Positions 1-10,227 are shown, counted from the first letter of the stretch. The stretch is DNA of 64,000 nucleotides from an uncultured Rikenellaceae bacterium (GCA_964633195.1 CAZWFL010000011.1:8932-72931); one strand, 5' to 3'. Notes: generated by a model not told the origin, from the letters alone. A program made the numbers and translations.

Positions 1-122
1 TGTGCCACACCATTCTCATAGCCGCTCAGGGTTGAACGTTTCAGATTCAGCGCCACCGCCAGCTCATCCTGCGTTCTTCCCCTCCTTTTTCTTAAAAATT
101 TTATGTTCGATGTGAAGTACAT
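1..122 (-). CDS. XRE-family HTH regulator, N-terminal part only (probably a LexA-like HTH-S24 repressor); runs off the window edge
   Basis: Manual translation from ATG at 122: MYFTSNIKFLRKRRGRTQDELAVALNLKRSTLSGYENGVA, a classic Cro/CI HTH. Divergent from dinB. Not in the ORF track. The S24 domain would lie outside the window, so LexA-like is inference. Confidence 0.8.
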   Translation of the reverse strand, partial: MYFTSNIKFLRKRRGRTQDELAVALNLKRSTLSGYENGVA

Positions 123-131
123 AATAAAAAT

Positions 132-175
132 ATGATTATATTGTAATCATTGTTTTGATTAATTTCTAATCAAAA
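132..175. promoter_or_regulatory. Two tandem palindromic operators with core TGATTA-N5-TAATCA
   Basis: ATGATTA-TATTG-TAATCAT (132-150) and TTTTGATTA-ATTTC-TAATCAAAA (153-175), in the divergent intergenic region between the HTH gene and dinB. Confidence 0.75.
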
Positions 176-220
176 ATAAACTTTAATTATGACATAAGCA
201 AATTATATGACAAAAAAGTA

Positions 221-1483
221 ATGTTTACAACAGGCAACATAGAGCGCTCCGTACTTCATCTCGACCTCGACACCTTTTTCGTATCGGTGGAGAGGCTTAA
301 GAACAGCAGCCTTATCGGCAGGCCGGTAATAATCGGTGGCATGTCGGACCGCAGTGTGGTGTCGAGCTGCAGCTATGAAGCCAGGAAGTACGGGGTAAGC
401 TCCGCCATGCCCATGAAGATGGCCAGGCTGATGTGCCCTGAGGCGATAGTTATACGGGGCGACATGGAACTCTACAGCAATTACTCCCGTATGGTGACGG
501 AAATAATTGCCGAGAGGTCGCCGCTTTACGAGAAGTCCTCGATCGATGAGCATTACATCGATCTCACGGGCATGGACCGCTTTTACGGATGCTGCAAATG
601 GTCTCATGAGTTGCGGCAATTTATAATAAAAGAGACCGGGTTGCCAATATCCATAGGCCTTTCGGTAAATAAAACAGTATCTAAGATAGCTGCCGGCGAG
701 GCAAAGCCTAATGGAGAGATAGAAGTAAGAAAAGAGATCGTACTGCCCTTCCTTGATCCGCTATCGATAAGAAAAATACCTATGATCGGACAGAAGAGCT
801 ATCACACGCTACGCTCGATGGGCATTGCCACCATATATACGCTCAGGAGCATACCTGCAGAGATGCTGGGGAAGCTGATGGGAAAAAACGGTATTGAGGT
901 GTGGAAAAGAGCTAACGGGATCGATTCCACCCCCGTCATCAGCTACTCGGAACAAAAATCGATAAGCACCGAACACACCTTCGAAAAAGACACTACCGAT
1001 GTGGCAAGGCTGATCCAGATACTGGTAAGCATGGTGGAAAAGATCTCGTACGAGCTCCGGAAACAGGAGAAGCTTACATCGTGTGTTACGGTAAAAATAA
1101 GGTATTCAAACTTCGACACCCATACCCTGCAGAAACGGATACCATACACATCGTTCGATCATGTTCTTGCAGATATAGCCAAAGAGCTTTTTGTCCGGCT
1201 CTACCAGAGACGCATGCTTATCAGGCTCATCGGTGTGAGATTCAGCCATATGGTAAGAGGGGTTCAGCAACTCGACATGTTTGACGATACTCCCGAAAAG
1301 GTGAGCCTCTATATGGCAATGGACAAGCTCAGGAAACGCTTTGGGCACAATGCGGTACGGAGAGCCGCCGGAGTAATGACCATCAGTGAAAGGGAAGAAA
1401 GAGCCCTCAAACAGCTCGAAAACACCCTGAAAGAACAGGAGATGATGGAAGAAAGAATGAAGAGAGTGTGGAGTGTATCTTAA
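221..1483 (+). CDS. dinB: DNA polymerase IV (Y-family)
   Basis: LHLDLDTFFVSVE, SYEARKYGV, SIDE catalytic motif, KPNG, little-finger domain, QLDMF clamp-binding motif. Confidence 0.95.
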   Translation: MFTTGNIERSVLHLDLDTFFVSVERLKNSSLIGRPVIIGGMSDRSVVSSCSYEARKYGVSSAMPMKMARLMCPEAIVIRGDMELYSNYSRMVTEIIAERSPLYEKSSIDEHYIDLTGMDRFYGCCKWSHELRQFIIKETGLPISIGLSVNKTVSKIAAGEAKPNGEIEVRKEIVLPFLDPLSIRKIPMIGQKSYHTLRSMGIATIYTLRSIPAEMLGKLMGKNGIEVWKRANGIDSTPVISYSEQKSISTEHTFEKDTTDVARLIQILVSMVEKISYELRKQEKLTSCVTVKIRYSNFDTHTLQKRIPYTSFDHVLADIAKELFVRLYQRRMLIRLIGVRFSHMVRGVQQLDMFDDTPEKVSLYMAMDKLRKRFGHNAVRRAAGVMTISEREERALKQLENTLKEQEMMEERMKRVWSVS

Positions 1484-4412
1484 CTGTCACACATATTACA
1501 GTCTACGCTACGGAATGATGTCCGTGGAACAGCTCGTGCAAAAAGCAGTTGCGACAAAGGCAGATTCAATAGCACTGACAGATATCAATAACTCAACCGG
1601 AATACCGGAATTTGCAGGTGAATGCAGTAAATACAACATAAAACCGTCAGCAGGTATTGAGTTCAGGAACAAAAACGAACTGCTGTATATTGGAATAGCC
1701 CGTAATAACAATGGTTTCAGAGAGCTGAATGAATTTCTTTCGGGACATAATTTCGAAGGGAGCCCCCTCCCCTTCCCTGCCCCGGACTTTTCAGAAGTCT
1801 ATACAATATACCCGCTGAAAAAACCCCCTGACAGGAAACTGTATGATAATGAACGCATAGGGATAAAACCTCATGAGATAAACCGTCTTCTGACTTTGCC
1901 GGGATCATTCAGCAGAGATTTAATGGTGCTTTTGCAACCCGTTACATTCTCCGGCCCTGATGATATCCCTATCCATAAAAGCCTAAGGGCAGTCGATAAC
2001 AATATCCTTCTCAGCCACCTGAAACCTGACCAGTGTGCAGACGGGAATGAGTATTTCGGGGAAGAGCAAGTTAACGGAACAATAATGCGGGATCATCCCC
2101 GGATAATAAGAAGCACCCGTAAACTGCTGGACGACTGCACCCTCTGTTTTGACCGCGACACCCTGAAAAATAAGCAGATCTATTCGGCAAGCAGGTACGA
2201 CGACAAGCTCCTGCTTGAAAAACTGGCATGGGATGGCATGATCTACAGGTATGGCAAAGAGAACAGCGAAGCAAAGAGAAGAATCAGACATGAACTTGAG
2301 ATAATCGACAGGCTTGGATTTTCAGCCTATTTCCTTATTACCTGGGACATTGTCCGCTATTCAATGGCCAGGGGATTTTATCATGTCGGACGCGGCAGCG
2401 GCGCAAATTCCATAGTTGCTTATTGCCTGAAGATCACCAATGTTGATCCTATCGACCTGAATCTTTACTTTGAGAGGTTTATTAATCCCAAACGAAGCAG
2501 TCCGCCCGACTTCGACATCGACTACTCATGGAAAGAGAGGGATGAGGTGATCGATTACATTTTCAAGCGATACGGACACAGCCATACTGCCCTTCTCGGC
2601 ACAATCAACACTTTCCGGGGAAAGTCGATAGTGCGCGAGCTCGGAAAGGTGCACGGGCTCCCCAAAGAAGAGATAGATGCCCTGATCGAAAACCCGTCGT
2701 CGGAGGCAAACAGGAACGGGATAACCGAAACCATTTTCAGAACAGGGCTCAGGATAGCCGATTTCCCTAATATGAGGAGCATACATGCCGGAGGCATACT
2801 TATATCAGAAGAGCCTCTGACCTGTTACACGGCCCTTGATATGCCCCCGAAAGGCTTTCCGACAACCCAGTGGGATATGTATACCGCGGAAGAGATCGGC
2901 TTCGAGAAGCTCGATATCCTGAGTCAGCGCGGTATTGGACATATACAGGAAAGCGCAGGTATAATAATGCACAACCGCTCCGTTGATGTCGATGTGCACG
3001 CAATACAGAAGTTCAGGAATGATCCGAAGGTAAAGGAGCATCTTAAGAGCGGTGAGACAAAAGGATGCTTTTATATCGAGAGCCCCTCGATGCGGGGACT
3101 TCTCCAGAAACTTAAATGTGACGATTACACCACCCTCGTTGCCGCCAGCTCGGTAATAAGACCCGGTGTCGCACGTTCAGGTATGATGCGCGAATATATC
3201 CACCGTTTCCATAACCCCGGAAAATTCGAATACATCCATCCCGTTATGAAGGAACAGCTTGAAGAGACCTTCGGTGTAATGGTATACCAGGAAGATGTCC
3301 TGAAAGTGTGCCATCATTTTGCAGGACTCGACCTGGCCGACGCCGATACCCTTCGCCGTGCAATGAGTGGTAAATACCGGTCGAAACAGGAAATGCAGCG
3401 TATCGTCGACAAGTTTTTCTCCAACTGCCGCGAAAGGAGTTACAGCGAGGAGATAACAAAAGAGGTATGGCGACAGATCGAATCATTCGCAGGATATTCC
3501 TTTTCAAAAGCACACTCGGCTTCCTACGCCGTCGAGAGCTTTCAGAGCCTCTGGCTCAAAGCTCATTTCCCTCTTGAATTCATGGTGGCGGTTATCAATA
3601 ACTTCGGGGGATTTTTCCGGACATGGGTATATGTACATGAAGCAAAACGTTACGGAGCCGTGATCAGGCAACCATGCGTCAACAAAAGTAATTATAAAAC
3701 AACTATTTACGGATCAGATATCTATATCGGATTTATACATATCATGAGCCTCGAGGAGAAGCTTGCAAAATCGATAGAGGATATAAGGAACCGCGAAGGC
3801 CCCTTCTGCGATCTGAATGATTTTATAACAAGGGTATGTCCGGGACTGGAGCAGGTGATACTCCTCATACGGGCCGGGGCCTTCAGGTTCACGGGCAAAA
3901 AAAAGGCAGTACTGCTCTGGGAAGCACACATGATGATAAACAAAACAGGACAGGACCAGATGAGACCGCTCTTCCCCTCTCCTCTTCGAAAATTTGTCCT
4001 TCCCGAACTTGAACAGGGAAACCTCGATGATGCATATGACGAGATAGAACTACTGGGGTTCCCCATAACGATGAGCTGGTTCGACATGCTCGAAACATCA
4101 TTCCGCGGAGATATATCCGCAGGTGAAATGATAAGGCATAAAGGGAAGAAAGTCAGGATGGTGGGACACCTGGTGACAATAAAATACATAAAGACAATCA
4201 AGAAGGAATTGATGAATTTCGGATGCTTTATTGACGCAGAGGGTAACTATTTCGACACCACCCATTTTGCCTCCTCACTCAGGAATTATCCGTTCAGGGG
4301 AAGCGGCACCTATCTCATGCTTGGCAAAGTGGTGGAAGAGTTCGGATTTCCGTCAATGGAGGTCGAAAAACTCGCCCGCCTTCCTGTAAAGCCCGATTTA
4401 AGGTATGGTTAG
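1473..4412 (+). CDS. dnaE2: DNA polymerase III alpha subunit, error-prone DnaE2 type
   Basis: PHP N-terminus (HTYYSL, ALTD), GRGSGANS, PPDFDID, KLDILSQRG, C-terminal OB fold; short (979 aa); overlaps the dinB stop. Confidence 0.9.
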   Translation: MYLNCHTYYSLRYGMMSVEQLVQKAVATKADSIALTDINNSTGIPEFAGECSKYNIKPSAGIEFRNKNELLYIGIARNNNGFRELNEFLSGHNFEGSPLPFPAPDFSEVYTIYPLKKPPDRKLYDNERIGIKPHEINRLLTLPGSFSRDLMVLLQPVTFSGPDDIPIHKSLRAVDNNILLSHLKPDQCADGNEYFGEEQVNGTIMRDHPRIIRSTRKLLDDCTLCFDRDTLKNKQIYSASRYDDKLLLEKLAWDGMIYRYGKENSEAKRRIRHELEIIDRLGFSAYFLITWDIVRYSMARGFYHVGRGSGANSIVAYCLKITNVDPIDLNLYFERFINPKRSSPPDFDIDYSWKERDEVIDYIFKRYGHSHTALLGTINTFRGKSIVRELGKVHGLPKEEIDALIENPSSEANRNGITETIFRTGLRIADFPNMRSIHAGGILISEEPLTCYTALDMPPKGFPTTQWDMYTAEEIGFEKLDILSQRGIGHIQESAGIIMHNRSVDVDVHAIQKFRNDPKVKEHLKSGETKGCFYIESPSMRGLLQKLKCDDYTTLVAASSVIRPGVARSGMMREYIHRFHNPGKFEYIHPVMKEQLEETFGVMVYQEDVLKVCHHFAGLDLADADTLRRAMSGKYRSKQEMQRIVDKFFSNCRERSYSEEITKEVWRQIESFAGYSFSKAHSASYAVESFQSLWLKAHFPLEFMVAVINNFGGFFRTWVYVHEAKRYGAVIRQPCVNKSNYKTTIYGSDIYIGFIHIMSLEEKLAKSIEDIRNREGPFCDLNDFITRVCPGLEQVILLIRAGAFRFTGKKKAVLLWEAHMMINKTGQDQMRPLFPSPLRKFVLPELEQGNLDDAYDEIELLGFPITMSWFDMLETSFRGDISAGEMIRHKGKKVRMVGHLVTIKYIKTIKKELMNFGCFIDAEGNYFDTTHFASSLRNYPFRGSGTYLMLGKVVEEFGFPSMEVEKLARLPVKPDLRYG

Positions 4413-4414
4413 GA

Positions 4415-6592
4415 TTACCCGGTACTATCGTGCCGTGATGCCTTAAGGACGCCTTTGATAGATTGTATCTTACGTATAATACCCTGAAGAACATTATTAT
4501 TGGTGACCATTATATTAAGCTGTCCTTCAAACATGCCATCATCCATGTTATAGTTGAAACTCCTCACATTGACTTTATAATCTGACAGTATATCAGCTAT
4601 CTTATTGACAATACCGATATCTTCGATCCCGGTAATCCTGATTGAAGCAGTGAAGAACGAAGCAGATTGCGGCTTTGTCCAATGCGCCCCTACTACCCTG
4701 TATGGAAATCTTGAGATAAGATTCCGGGCATTAGGACAATTGGTCCTGTGTATTTTTATACCTTCAGCAATTGTAACAAAGCCAAATATTGGATCTCCAG
4801 GTACAGGATTACAGCATTTTGCCAGCCTGTATTCAAGTCCTTCAATCTTGTCTTCAATTACCAGGAAGTCAGAAAACTGCGTACCAAATATCTCTTTAAC
4901 ACTCTTTTCCTTAAATTCAGCAACCGGTACCGCAGGTGCCGTCTCTTCTTCCTTTATGAGTATCTCTTTGATATCCAGAGGCTCTATTCTTCCGTTAGCA
5001 ATCTGGAAATAGAGATCCTGTGAGGTTTTCAGTTCATAATGATCAAGAAGCTTTTTCACAACAGCATCACCGAAAACCATCTTCCAATTTCTCAGCCTTC
5101 GTACCAGGATCTCTTTTCCCTCGACAGCAGCTTTTGTTTTTTCCTCGTTAAGGGCCTGCTTTATCTTGGTTTTAGCCTTGTTTGTCACAACGAAAGAGAG
5201 CCAGTCCTGTTTGGGCTTCTGGTTCTTTGACCTGAGCACCGAAACATGGTCGCCGTTTTGCAGGACATATTTGATTGTGACATTTTTACCATTTACCTTA
5301 CCTCCTACACATGAAGCCCCCACAGCAGTATGTATATCGAAAGCAAAATCGAGGATTGTCGCCCCGGCAGGGAGCTGACGCAGATCACCTTTCGGCGTGA
5401 AAACAAAGACTTCGTCGGTATATAATCCCGACCTCACCTGGTCGAGAAATGCCCTATCCTCTTTCTCCGGCGATTCAAGTATCTCCCTCATTTTTGTCAG
5501 CCATGTATCAAGGCCTCCTTCTCCCTTAACCCCCTTGTATTTGAAATGAGCGGCAAGGCCTTTCTCGGCTACCTCATCCATTCTTGCCGATCTGATCTGA
5601 ACCTCCACCCAACGCCCTCTTGGTCCCACAACCGTCGTGTGAAGTGATTCATACCCGTTCGACTTCGGTACGGAAATCCAGTCTCTCAGCCTGCTCGGAT
5701 TCGGCTGATAAAGGTCGGTGACTATCGAATAGGCCTGCCAGCAATCCGATTTTTCGTTCTCCGCATTACTGTCGAGAATAATCCTGATGGCGAACAGATC
5801 ATAAACCTCTTCAAGTTCTACTCCCTGCTTTTTCATCTTAAGCATTATGGAATGTATTGACTTTGTGCGGCTTTTAATAGTGAACCTGAAGCCATGCTTC
5901 TCAAATTTCTCAATGAGCGGAGCCGAAAATTCCCTGATAAACCTGTTTCGTGAAGCAGTAGTCTGCTTTAAACGTGCTTCTATGCTCTTATACTGATCCG
6001 GCTCAAGATATTTTACAGCCAGATCCTCCATTTCGGTCTTGATATTATAGTAGCCGAGGCGATGAGCCAGAGGGGCATAAAGAAAATATGTCTCCGAGGC
6101 AATGGGAATCCTGTCCTTCTCAACAACCCTCTCGAGATTCCTCATATATTCAAGCCGCTCAACAAGTTTGATAAGAATTACCCGCACATCGTCCGCCAGG
6201 CTTAACAGAAGCTTCCTGAATACTTCCGCCTGATAAGCGGATTGCATGGAGTCGATTTCTGTAATCCTGGAGAATCCTTCAAGAATCTCAACACTTTTTT
6301 TACCGAACTCTTTTATCAGTTCTTCCCTCGTGCAATCGAGCCGGCCATATGAATCGTGCAGAAGTGCAGTAACTACTGAAGTCAGACCAAGCCCCATCTC
6401 TCCCGCAATTATTTTTGCTACCGAAAGAGCATGTAATATCGACGACTCGCCGGTTATGGTAAAATTATTGTCACAGGCTTTGATTGCCAGATCAAGAGCC
6501 CGCCTGATCTTTTTTGTATCAGCTGAAGATACCGAACCACTTGCTGCTTTCAGCAATGCCCGGTATTCTGACTGTATCTTCTTAGTCAACAT
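4415..6592 (-). CDS. rel: Bifunctional (p)ppGpp synthetase/hydrolase (RelA/SpoT family)
   Basis: HD motif (LLHD), YAPLAHRLG, GYESLHTTV, EVQIRS, TGS (FVFTPKG), CCNPVPGD, ACT domain; ATG at 6592 preferred over TTG at 6601. Confidence 0.95.
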   Translation of the reverse strand: MLTKKIQSEYRALLKAASGSVSSADTKKIRRALDLAIKACDNNFTITGESSILHALSVAKIIAGEMGLGLTSVVTALLHDSYGRLDCTREELIKEFGKKSVEILEGFSRITEIDSMQSAYQAEVFRKLLLSLADDVRVILIKLVERLEYMRNLERVVEKDRIPIASETYFLYAPLAHRLGYYNIKTEMEDLAVKYLEPDQYKSIEARLKQTTASRNRFIREFSAPLIEKFEKHGFRFTIKSRTKSIHSIMLKMKKQGVELEEVYDLFAIRIILDSNAENEKSDCWQAYSIVTDLYQPNPSRLRDWISVPKSNGYESLHTTVVGPRGRWVEVQIRSARMDEVAEKGLAAHFKYKGVKGEGGLDTWLTKMREILESPEKEDRAFLDQVRSGLYTDEVFVFTPKGDLRQLPAGATILDFAFDIHTAVGASCVGGKVNGKNVTIKYVLQNGDHVSVLRSKNQKPKQDWLSFVVTNKAKTKIKQALNEEKTKAAVEGKEILVRRLRNWKMVFGDAVVKKLLDHYELKTSQDLYFQIANGRIEPLDIKEILIKEEETAPAVPVAEFKEKSVKEIFGTQFSDFLVIEDKIEGLEYRLAKCCNPVPGDPIFGFVTIAEGIKIHRTNCPNARNLISRFPYRVVGAHWTKPQSASFFTASIRITGIEDIGIVNKIADILSDYKVNVRSFNYNMDDGMFEGQLNIMVTNNNVLQGIIRKIQSIKGVLKASRHDSTG

Positions 6593-6690
6593 CGGCGACA
6601 ATTAACAAAGAATCAGGATATCTCCTGAAAGAAACTAAATCGTACCAATATTAACAAGCGTTTGGGCTTTTTTGTTAATGAAGAAGCTCC

Positions 6691-7767
6691 TTATCTGAAA
6701 GAAATTCCAAGTCCGGTGGACAGCACATTATAATGAGACCTTGTATAATCAACATGAAATGTGAATACTGCCAGCTTTAATCTGATACCGGCGTTTGCTC
6801 TCAAGCCTGAAAAATTCTCGATACTGATGGCAGGAAAATCTTCTCCTGCAATCACTCCATTGTCGTTATATTCGGCATAAGGTGTTTCGGGGTCGGCAAC
6901 AACAACCGGTGTAGGATATAGTCCTTTAAGGTTGATATCGGTCCGGGTCCTGCTGTAACCCAGCCCCCCGTAGAATGTAATTACAGGCAAATTGACCGAT
7001 GCTATTATTCCGGCATTCAACGCTTCTATTGTTGCGCTCAGCTGCTGGTTCATGAAATCGATATCCGGGTCAATATCAATATAATTCTGAGGTTCACCAG
7101 GTTCCAGTAAAAGTGCAACATTGCCAGTAAGCCTTGTATAACCGCCAAAGGCCGAAACATCAAGAGGCAGGAACTCGTTGCCGGGTATATACTGAATGAT
7201 GCTATGCATTAAGCCCACACCCCAGAGAGAGATATCTCCTCCATCTTTAATATTGATTTTCGGTATAAACCGCCCCTTGATTTCTGTACCAAAGGGAAGT
7301 CCTATACCAACAGTTGCTGTCGGGGCAGGTATAATTTTCCACCCCGTCCCCGGGGGTGTTCTGAAAGTTGCAAGTGTAATACCCTCTGCCTGCACGGTCA
7401 TTTCCGGGCCTTCTTCACCGGGACCGGCAACTGACGGGGCAATACCCGATCCCGACACAAGGGGTGAAAGACCGATCTCCGAAACATCAAATGTTTCAGC
7501 TGATGCCGGAACAAATCCCGCATTTACTCCGAATGTAACATCAAATCCGGTCCATTTATGAGGCTTTGCCGTGTTGTACCAGCTGCCGTTTAGTCCTGCC
7601 CCAAAAGCATTGGCCCATGGAGTAATGTATGCTTCGATGAGCTTAACTGCATCGCCGGCGCCAGCCCTGAAAAAATCGGTGTTATCCATCTGTGCCAGTG
7701 ACACCGGGGCAGCTAATCCAAAGCAAAACACAATGACTATGATCTTTTTGTAATGAAGTGCTTTCAT
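6691..7767 (-). CDS. Outer-membrane beta-barrel-like hypothetical protein (DUF6588-like)
   Basis: Signal peptide, GWYNTA-like motif, alternating beta-strands, C-terminal GLGISFR. Confidence 0.65.
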   Translation of the reverse strand: MKALHYKKIIVIVFCFGLAAPVSLAQMDNTDFFRAGAGDAVKLIEAYITPWANAFGAGLNGSWYNTAKPHKWTGFDVTFGVNAGFVPASAETFDVSEIGLSPLVSGSGIAPSVAGPGEEGPEMTVQAEGITLATFRTPPGTGWKIIPAPTATVGIGLPFGTEIKGRFIPKINIKDGGDISLWGVGLMHSIIQYIPGNEFLPLDVSAFGGYTRLTGNVALLLEPGEPQNYIDIDPDIDFMNQQLSATIEALNAGIIASVNLPVITFYGGLGYSRTRTDINLKGLYPTPVVVADPETPYAEYNDNGVIAGEDFPAISIENFSGLRANAGIRLKLAVFTFHVDYTRSHYNVLSTGLGISFR

Positions 7768-7844
7768 AAAACAGGTTTTGATAAATAACGCACTTCCTGT
7801 GCAAATATTATTTTCAAACCCTGCCGGAAATCCAAAGTGACGGA

Positions 7845-8360
7845 CTATGGAACCTTTTTCTCAATATTGTCAAGCCCTTTCAGCTCCTCTATCCCTGAAC
7901 TTTTTGAGATCTCTGAAATGGTCTTAAGATCAAGATCGCCTTCTATAGAGATCAGAGCATTACCACCAGGACCACCGGATATGACAATAAGCTCGGTTAT
8001 TATGTCTCCTTTCTGGCGGATCAGAAATTTAGTGGTTTCCTGCTTATCCTTGACCACCATCAATTCTTCATAAACCTTATAATCAAGTTTTTTGTTCACT
8101 TCATTGTAAAAGTTGATTTTGCTGTTCAGCAGAGTATCCTCTATGGTCAGGATCCTGATGGATCTGAGACGGTTCATGATGTTATTATTCTCTCCGCCTT
8201 CTTTGCCGGCCAGCAGACTGAACATTCTTCCGGAGATATACACAGTAGTAAAACCATCTCTTTCTGAGTATTTATTGAATAATTCCTCAATTGGGCTTGT
8301 CTGGGCATTAAGGGAGGCCACCAGACTTAATGTTGCAATTATTGTTAAAATTTTCTTCAT
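7845..8360 (-). CDS. DUF4252 family exported protein
   Basis: Signal peptide; LFNKYSERDGFTTVYIS, YEELMVVKD, ISIEGDLDL pattern. Confidence 0.8.
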   Translation of the reverse strand: MKKILTIIATLSLVASLNAQTSPIEELFNKYSERDGFTTVYISGRMFSLLAGKEGGENNNIMNRLRSIRILTIEDTLLNSKINFYNEVNKKLDYKVYEELMVVKDKQETTKFLIRQKGDIITELIVISGGPGGNALISIEGDLDLKTISEISKSSGIEELKGLDNIEKKVP

Positions 8361-8382
8361 GTCTATGTTGTGTATTAAACTG

Positions 8383-8955
8383 TTAATTATTTCTTAAATT
8401 AATGTTTTCCAGATCTTTAGCATAATTATCAAAGATATCAAGGCTCTTTTCGATCTTTACTGTCGACCTTTTAATAGTACTGAGGCTTTTACCGGCTACC
8501 GTCTGCATTCTTCCCACCGGCTCCAGTGCAGCAGTGCCCTGGTTGAACCTGTACGACACATCATATAGAATCTTCATTGCTTCAGCATAAGCTAATTCGG
8601 GATCAGAAAAGGTATCCCGGGGACCGGTACTTCGCAAAAGAAAGAACCACGATCCAAAAATGATCAGTAATCCGGCAGCAATACCGGCAACCGACAAAAT
8701 CAATCTTCTGTAAATGACATTGTCTCCTCCCCTGCTTGCATTATCAATCGTTGCAATAAGGCGTTCATTGAATCCCGGAGACAGTTCCGGAATCTGCTTC
8801 TCTCCTGAATAGAATTCAAAGATCTCCTTCTCATCAGGGAAGAGTTTCGCCACCTTCCCATCTCTGAATGATTCCCTGAGAATCATTTCCTCCTCCTCGG
8901 AGATCTCTGCAGCATAGTATTTATCCAGCAGTTTTTTAAGCTCTTCCGTCTTCAT
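8383..8955 (-). CDS. Putative membrane-anchored anti-sigma factor
   Basis: LLDKYY...EEE N-terminus, single TM (SVAGIAAGLLIIFG), DTFSDPELAY motif; overlaps the ECF sigma gene. Confidence 0.65.
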   Translation of the reverse strand: MKTEELKKLLDKYYAAEISEEEEMILRESFRDGKVAKLFPDEKEIFEFYSGEKQIPELSPGFNERLIATIDNASRGGDNVIYRRLILSVAGIAAGLLIIFGSWFFLLRSTGPRDTFSDPELAYAEAMKILYDVSYRFNQGTAALEPVGRMQTVAGKSLSTIKRSTVKIEKSLDIFDNYAKDLENINLRNN

Positions 8956-9454
8956 CTCTTTGTCTTATATATTCTTCTCTTACACTTTTTCTTGCGCGTG
9001 ACAGTATCACCCGGATGTTGTTTACACTCTGACCCGATCTTTCCGATATCTCATCGTATGACAGACTCTGGATATCCCTGAGATTGATCACCTCCCTTTG
9101 CAGGATGGGCAGTTGTTCAATTATTCCCCTCAGAATCATAGCCGTTTCTGCCCTTTCCAGAAGCTCCTGCGGAGTTGCATCAGGCACCTTCACAAACTGG
9201 TTATCGGTAATATTTTCATACGCAGTGCTTTTGCGCTTTCGGATCTGGTCGATACAGTAATTCTTTAACATCGTTTTACTTAATGCTTCGACACTGTCGT
9301 AATTCTCAAGCTTTTCATTCATCTTCCATAATTTCAGAAAGGTTTCCTGAACAGCATCTTCTGCTTCCTGCTGATTTTCAAGTATCCGGTATGCATAACC
9401 ATACAGTATTTTACTCATCTTCGAAATAATTGTATTGAAATCAGCACGGATCAT
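8936..9454 (-). CDS. ECF RNA polymerase sigma-70 factor
   Basis: AEDAVQETFLKLW (region 2), LSYDEISE...RVILSRAR (region 4). Confidence 0.92.
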   Translation of the reverse strand: MIRADFNTIISKMSKILYGYAYRILENQQEAEDAVQETFLKLWKMNEKLENYDSVEALSKTMLKNYCIDQIRKRKSTAYENITDNQFVKVPDATPQELLERAETAMILRGIIEQLPILQREVINLRDIQSLSYDEISERSGQSVNNIRVILSRARKSVREEYIRQRDEDGRA

Positions 9455-9530
9455 TTTCAGCCGGTTTTTTCCGGATTATGTTCAAAGATATGCACATATT
9501 CCATTCATAACTGACTGCTGACCATTAATA

Positions 9531-10010
9531 TTACTCATTTTTCCTCTTTATGTCATCTGAGAACATCCTGGCTTCCTTCATTGTCATATTGCCCTTCAGC
9601 TGGATCACAAAATTATCCTTGCCGCCTGCCAGTAATAATAATTCACGGATAATATTGCCATCGGTCTTCATCAGCATCTGGATATCCTGGTCAGACTCCT
9701 TTACTCTTAACAACTCTTCGTAATTCCTGACATTGATATCTTTTATCACGGAACTATAGAAATTTTCCCCACCTGATCCTTTCTTGTCTTCGACCAGCAA
9801 TCTGATTTCCTGTATATCAGCAGGAAATCGGCACCCTTCAATTTCACAATCATCCAGTTTAGCCAATTTAATTAAATCGCCGCTTAATGTCAGGGTAACA
9901 AAACCTTCCCTGCCTGAATACTTTTCAAAAAGAGCATCAACCGATTTTTGACCGGACAAAGTCGTCATCAGGCTTAACAGGCAGACAACACAACCAACCA
10001 ATCTTTTCAT
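9531..10010 (-). CDS. DUF4252 family exported protein
   Basis: Paralog of 7845-8360 (LFEKYSGREGF, YEELLRVKE). Confidence 0.78.
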   Translation of the reverse strand: MKRLVGCVVCLLSLMTTLSGQKSVDALFEKYSGREGFVTLTLSGDLIKLAKLDDCEIEGCRFPADIQEIRLLVEDKKGSGGENFYSSVIKDINVRNYEELLRVKESDQDIQMLMKTDGNIIRELLLLAGGKDNFVIQLKGNMTMKEARMFSDDIKRKNE

Positions 10011-10144
10011 GACTTAAATTTTTAAAATAATGATACACTTAATCACTCTATTATTTTCATTCAATTGCATGACGATTTACCAGCAGGTTCATTACACGAA
10101 TTCCGAAAAAAAACAGAAGAATTTGCTTTAAAACATTTTTATAG

Positions 10145-10152
10145 TAAATTTG
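10145..10152 (+). promoter_or_regulatory. Bacteroidota -7 promoter box for the tRNA locus
   Basis: TAAATTTG matches TAnnTTTG, about 20 nt upstream of the first tRNA-like copy. Confidence 0.65.
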
Positions 10153-10172
10153 CACTCGCAAAAAAAGGGGCT

Positions 10173-10227
10173 GATTCAGTAGCTCAGCAGGTAGAGCATT
10201 CCGCTTAGCGGAAGGGTCCTGTGGTTC
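10173..10227 (+). pseudogene. tRNA-Lys-derived copy A: 5' half with the anticodon arm replaced by hairpin TTCCGC-TTA-GCGGAA, truncated in the T arm
   Basis: GATTCAGTAGCTCAGCAGGTAGAGCA-[TTCCGCTTAGCGGAA]-GGGTCCTGTGGTTC compared with the intact tRNA at 10245. Confidence 0.85.
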
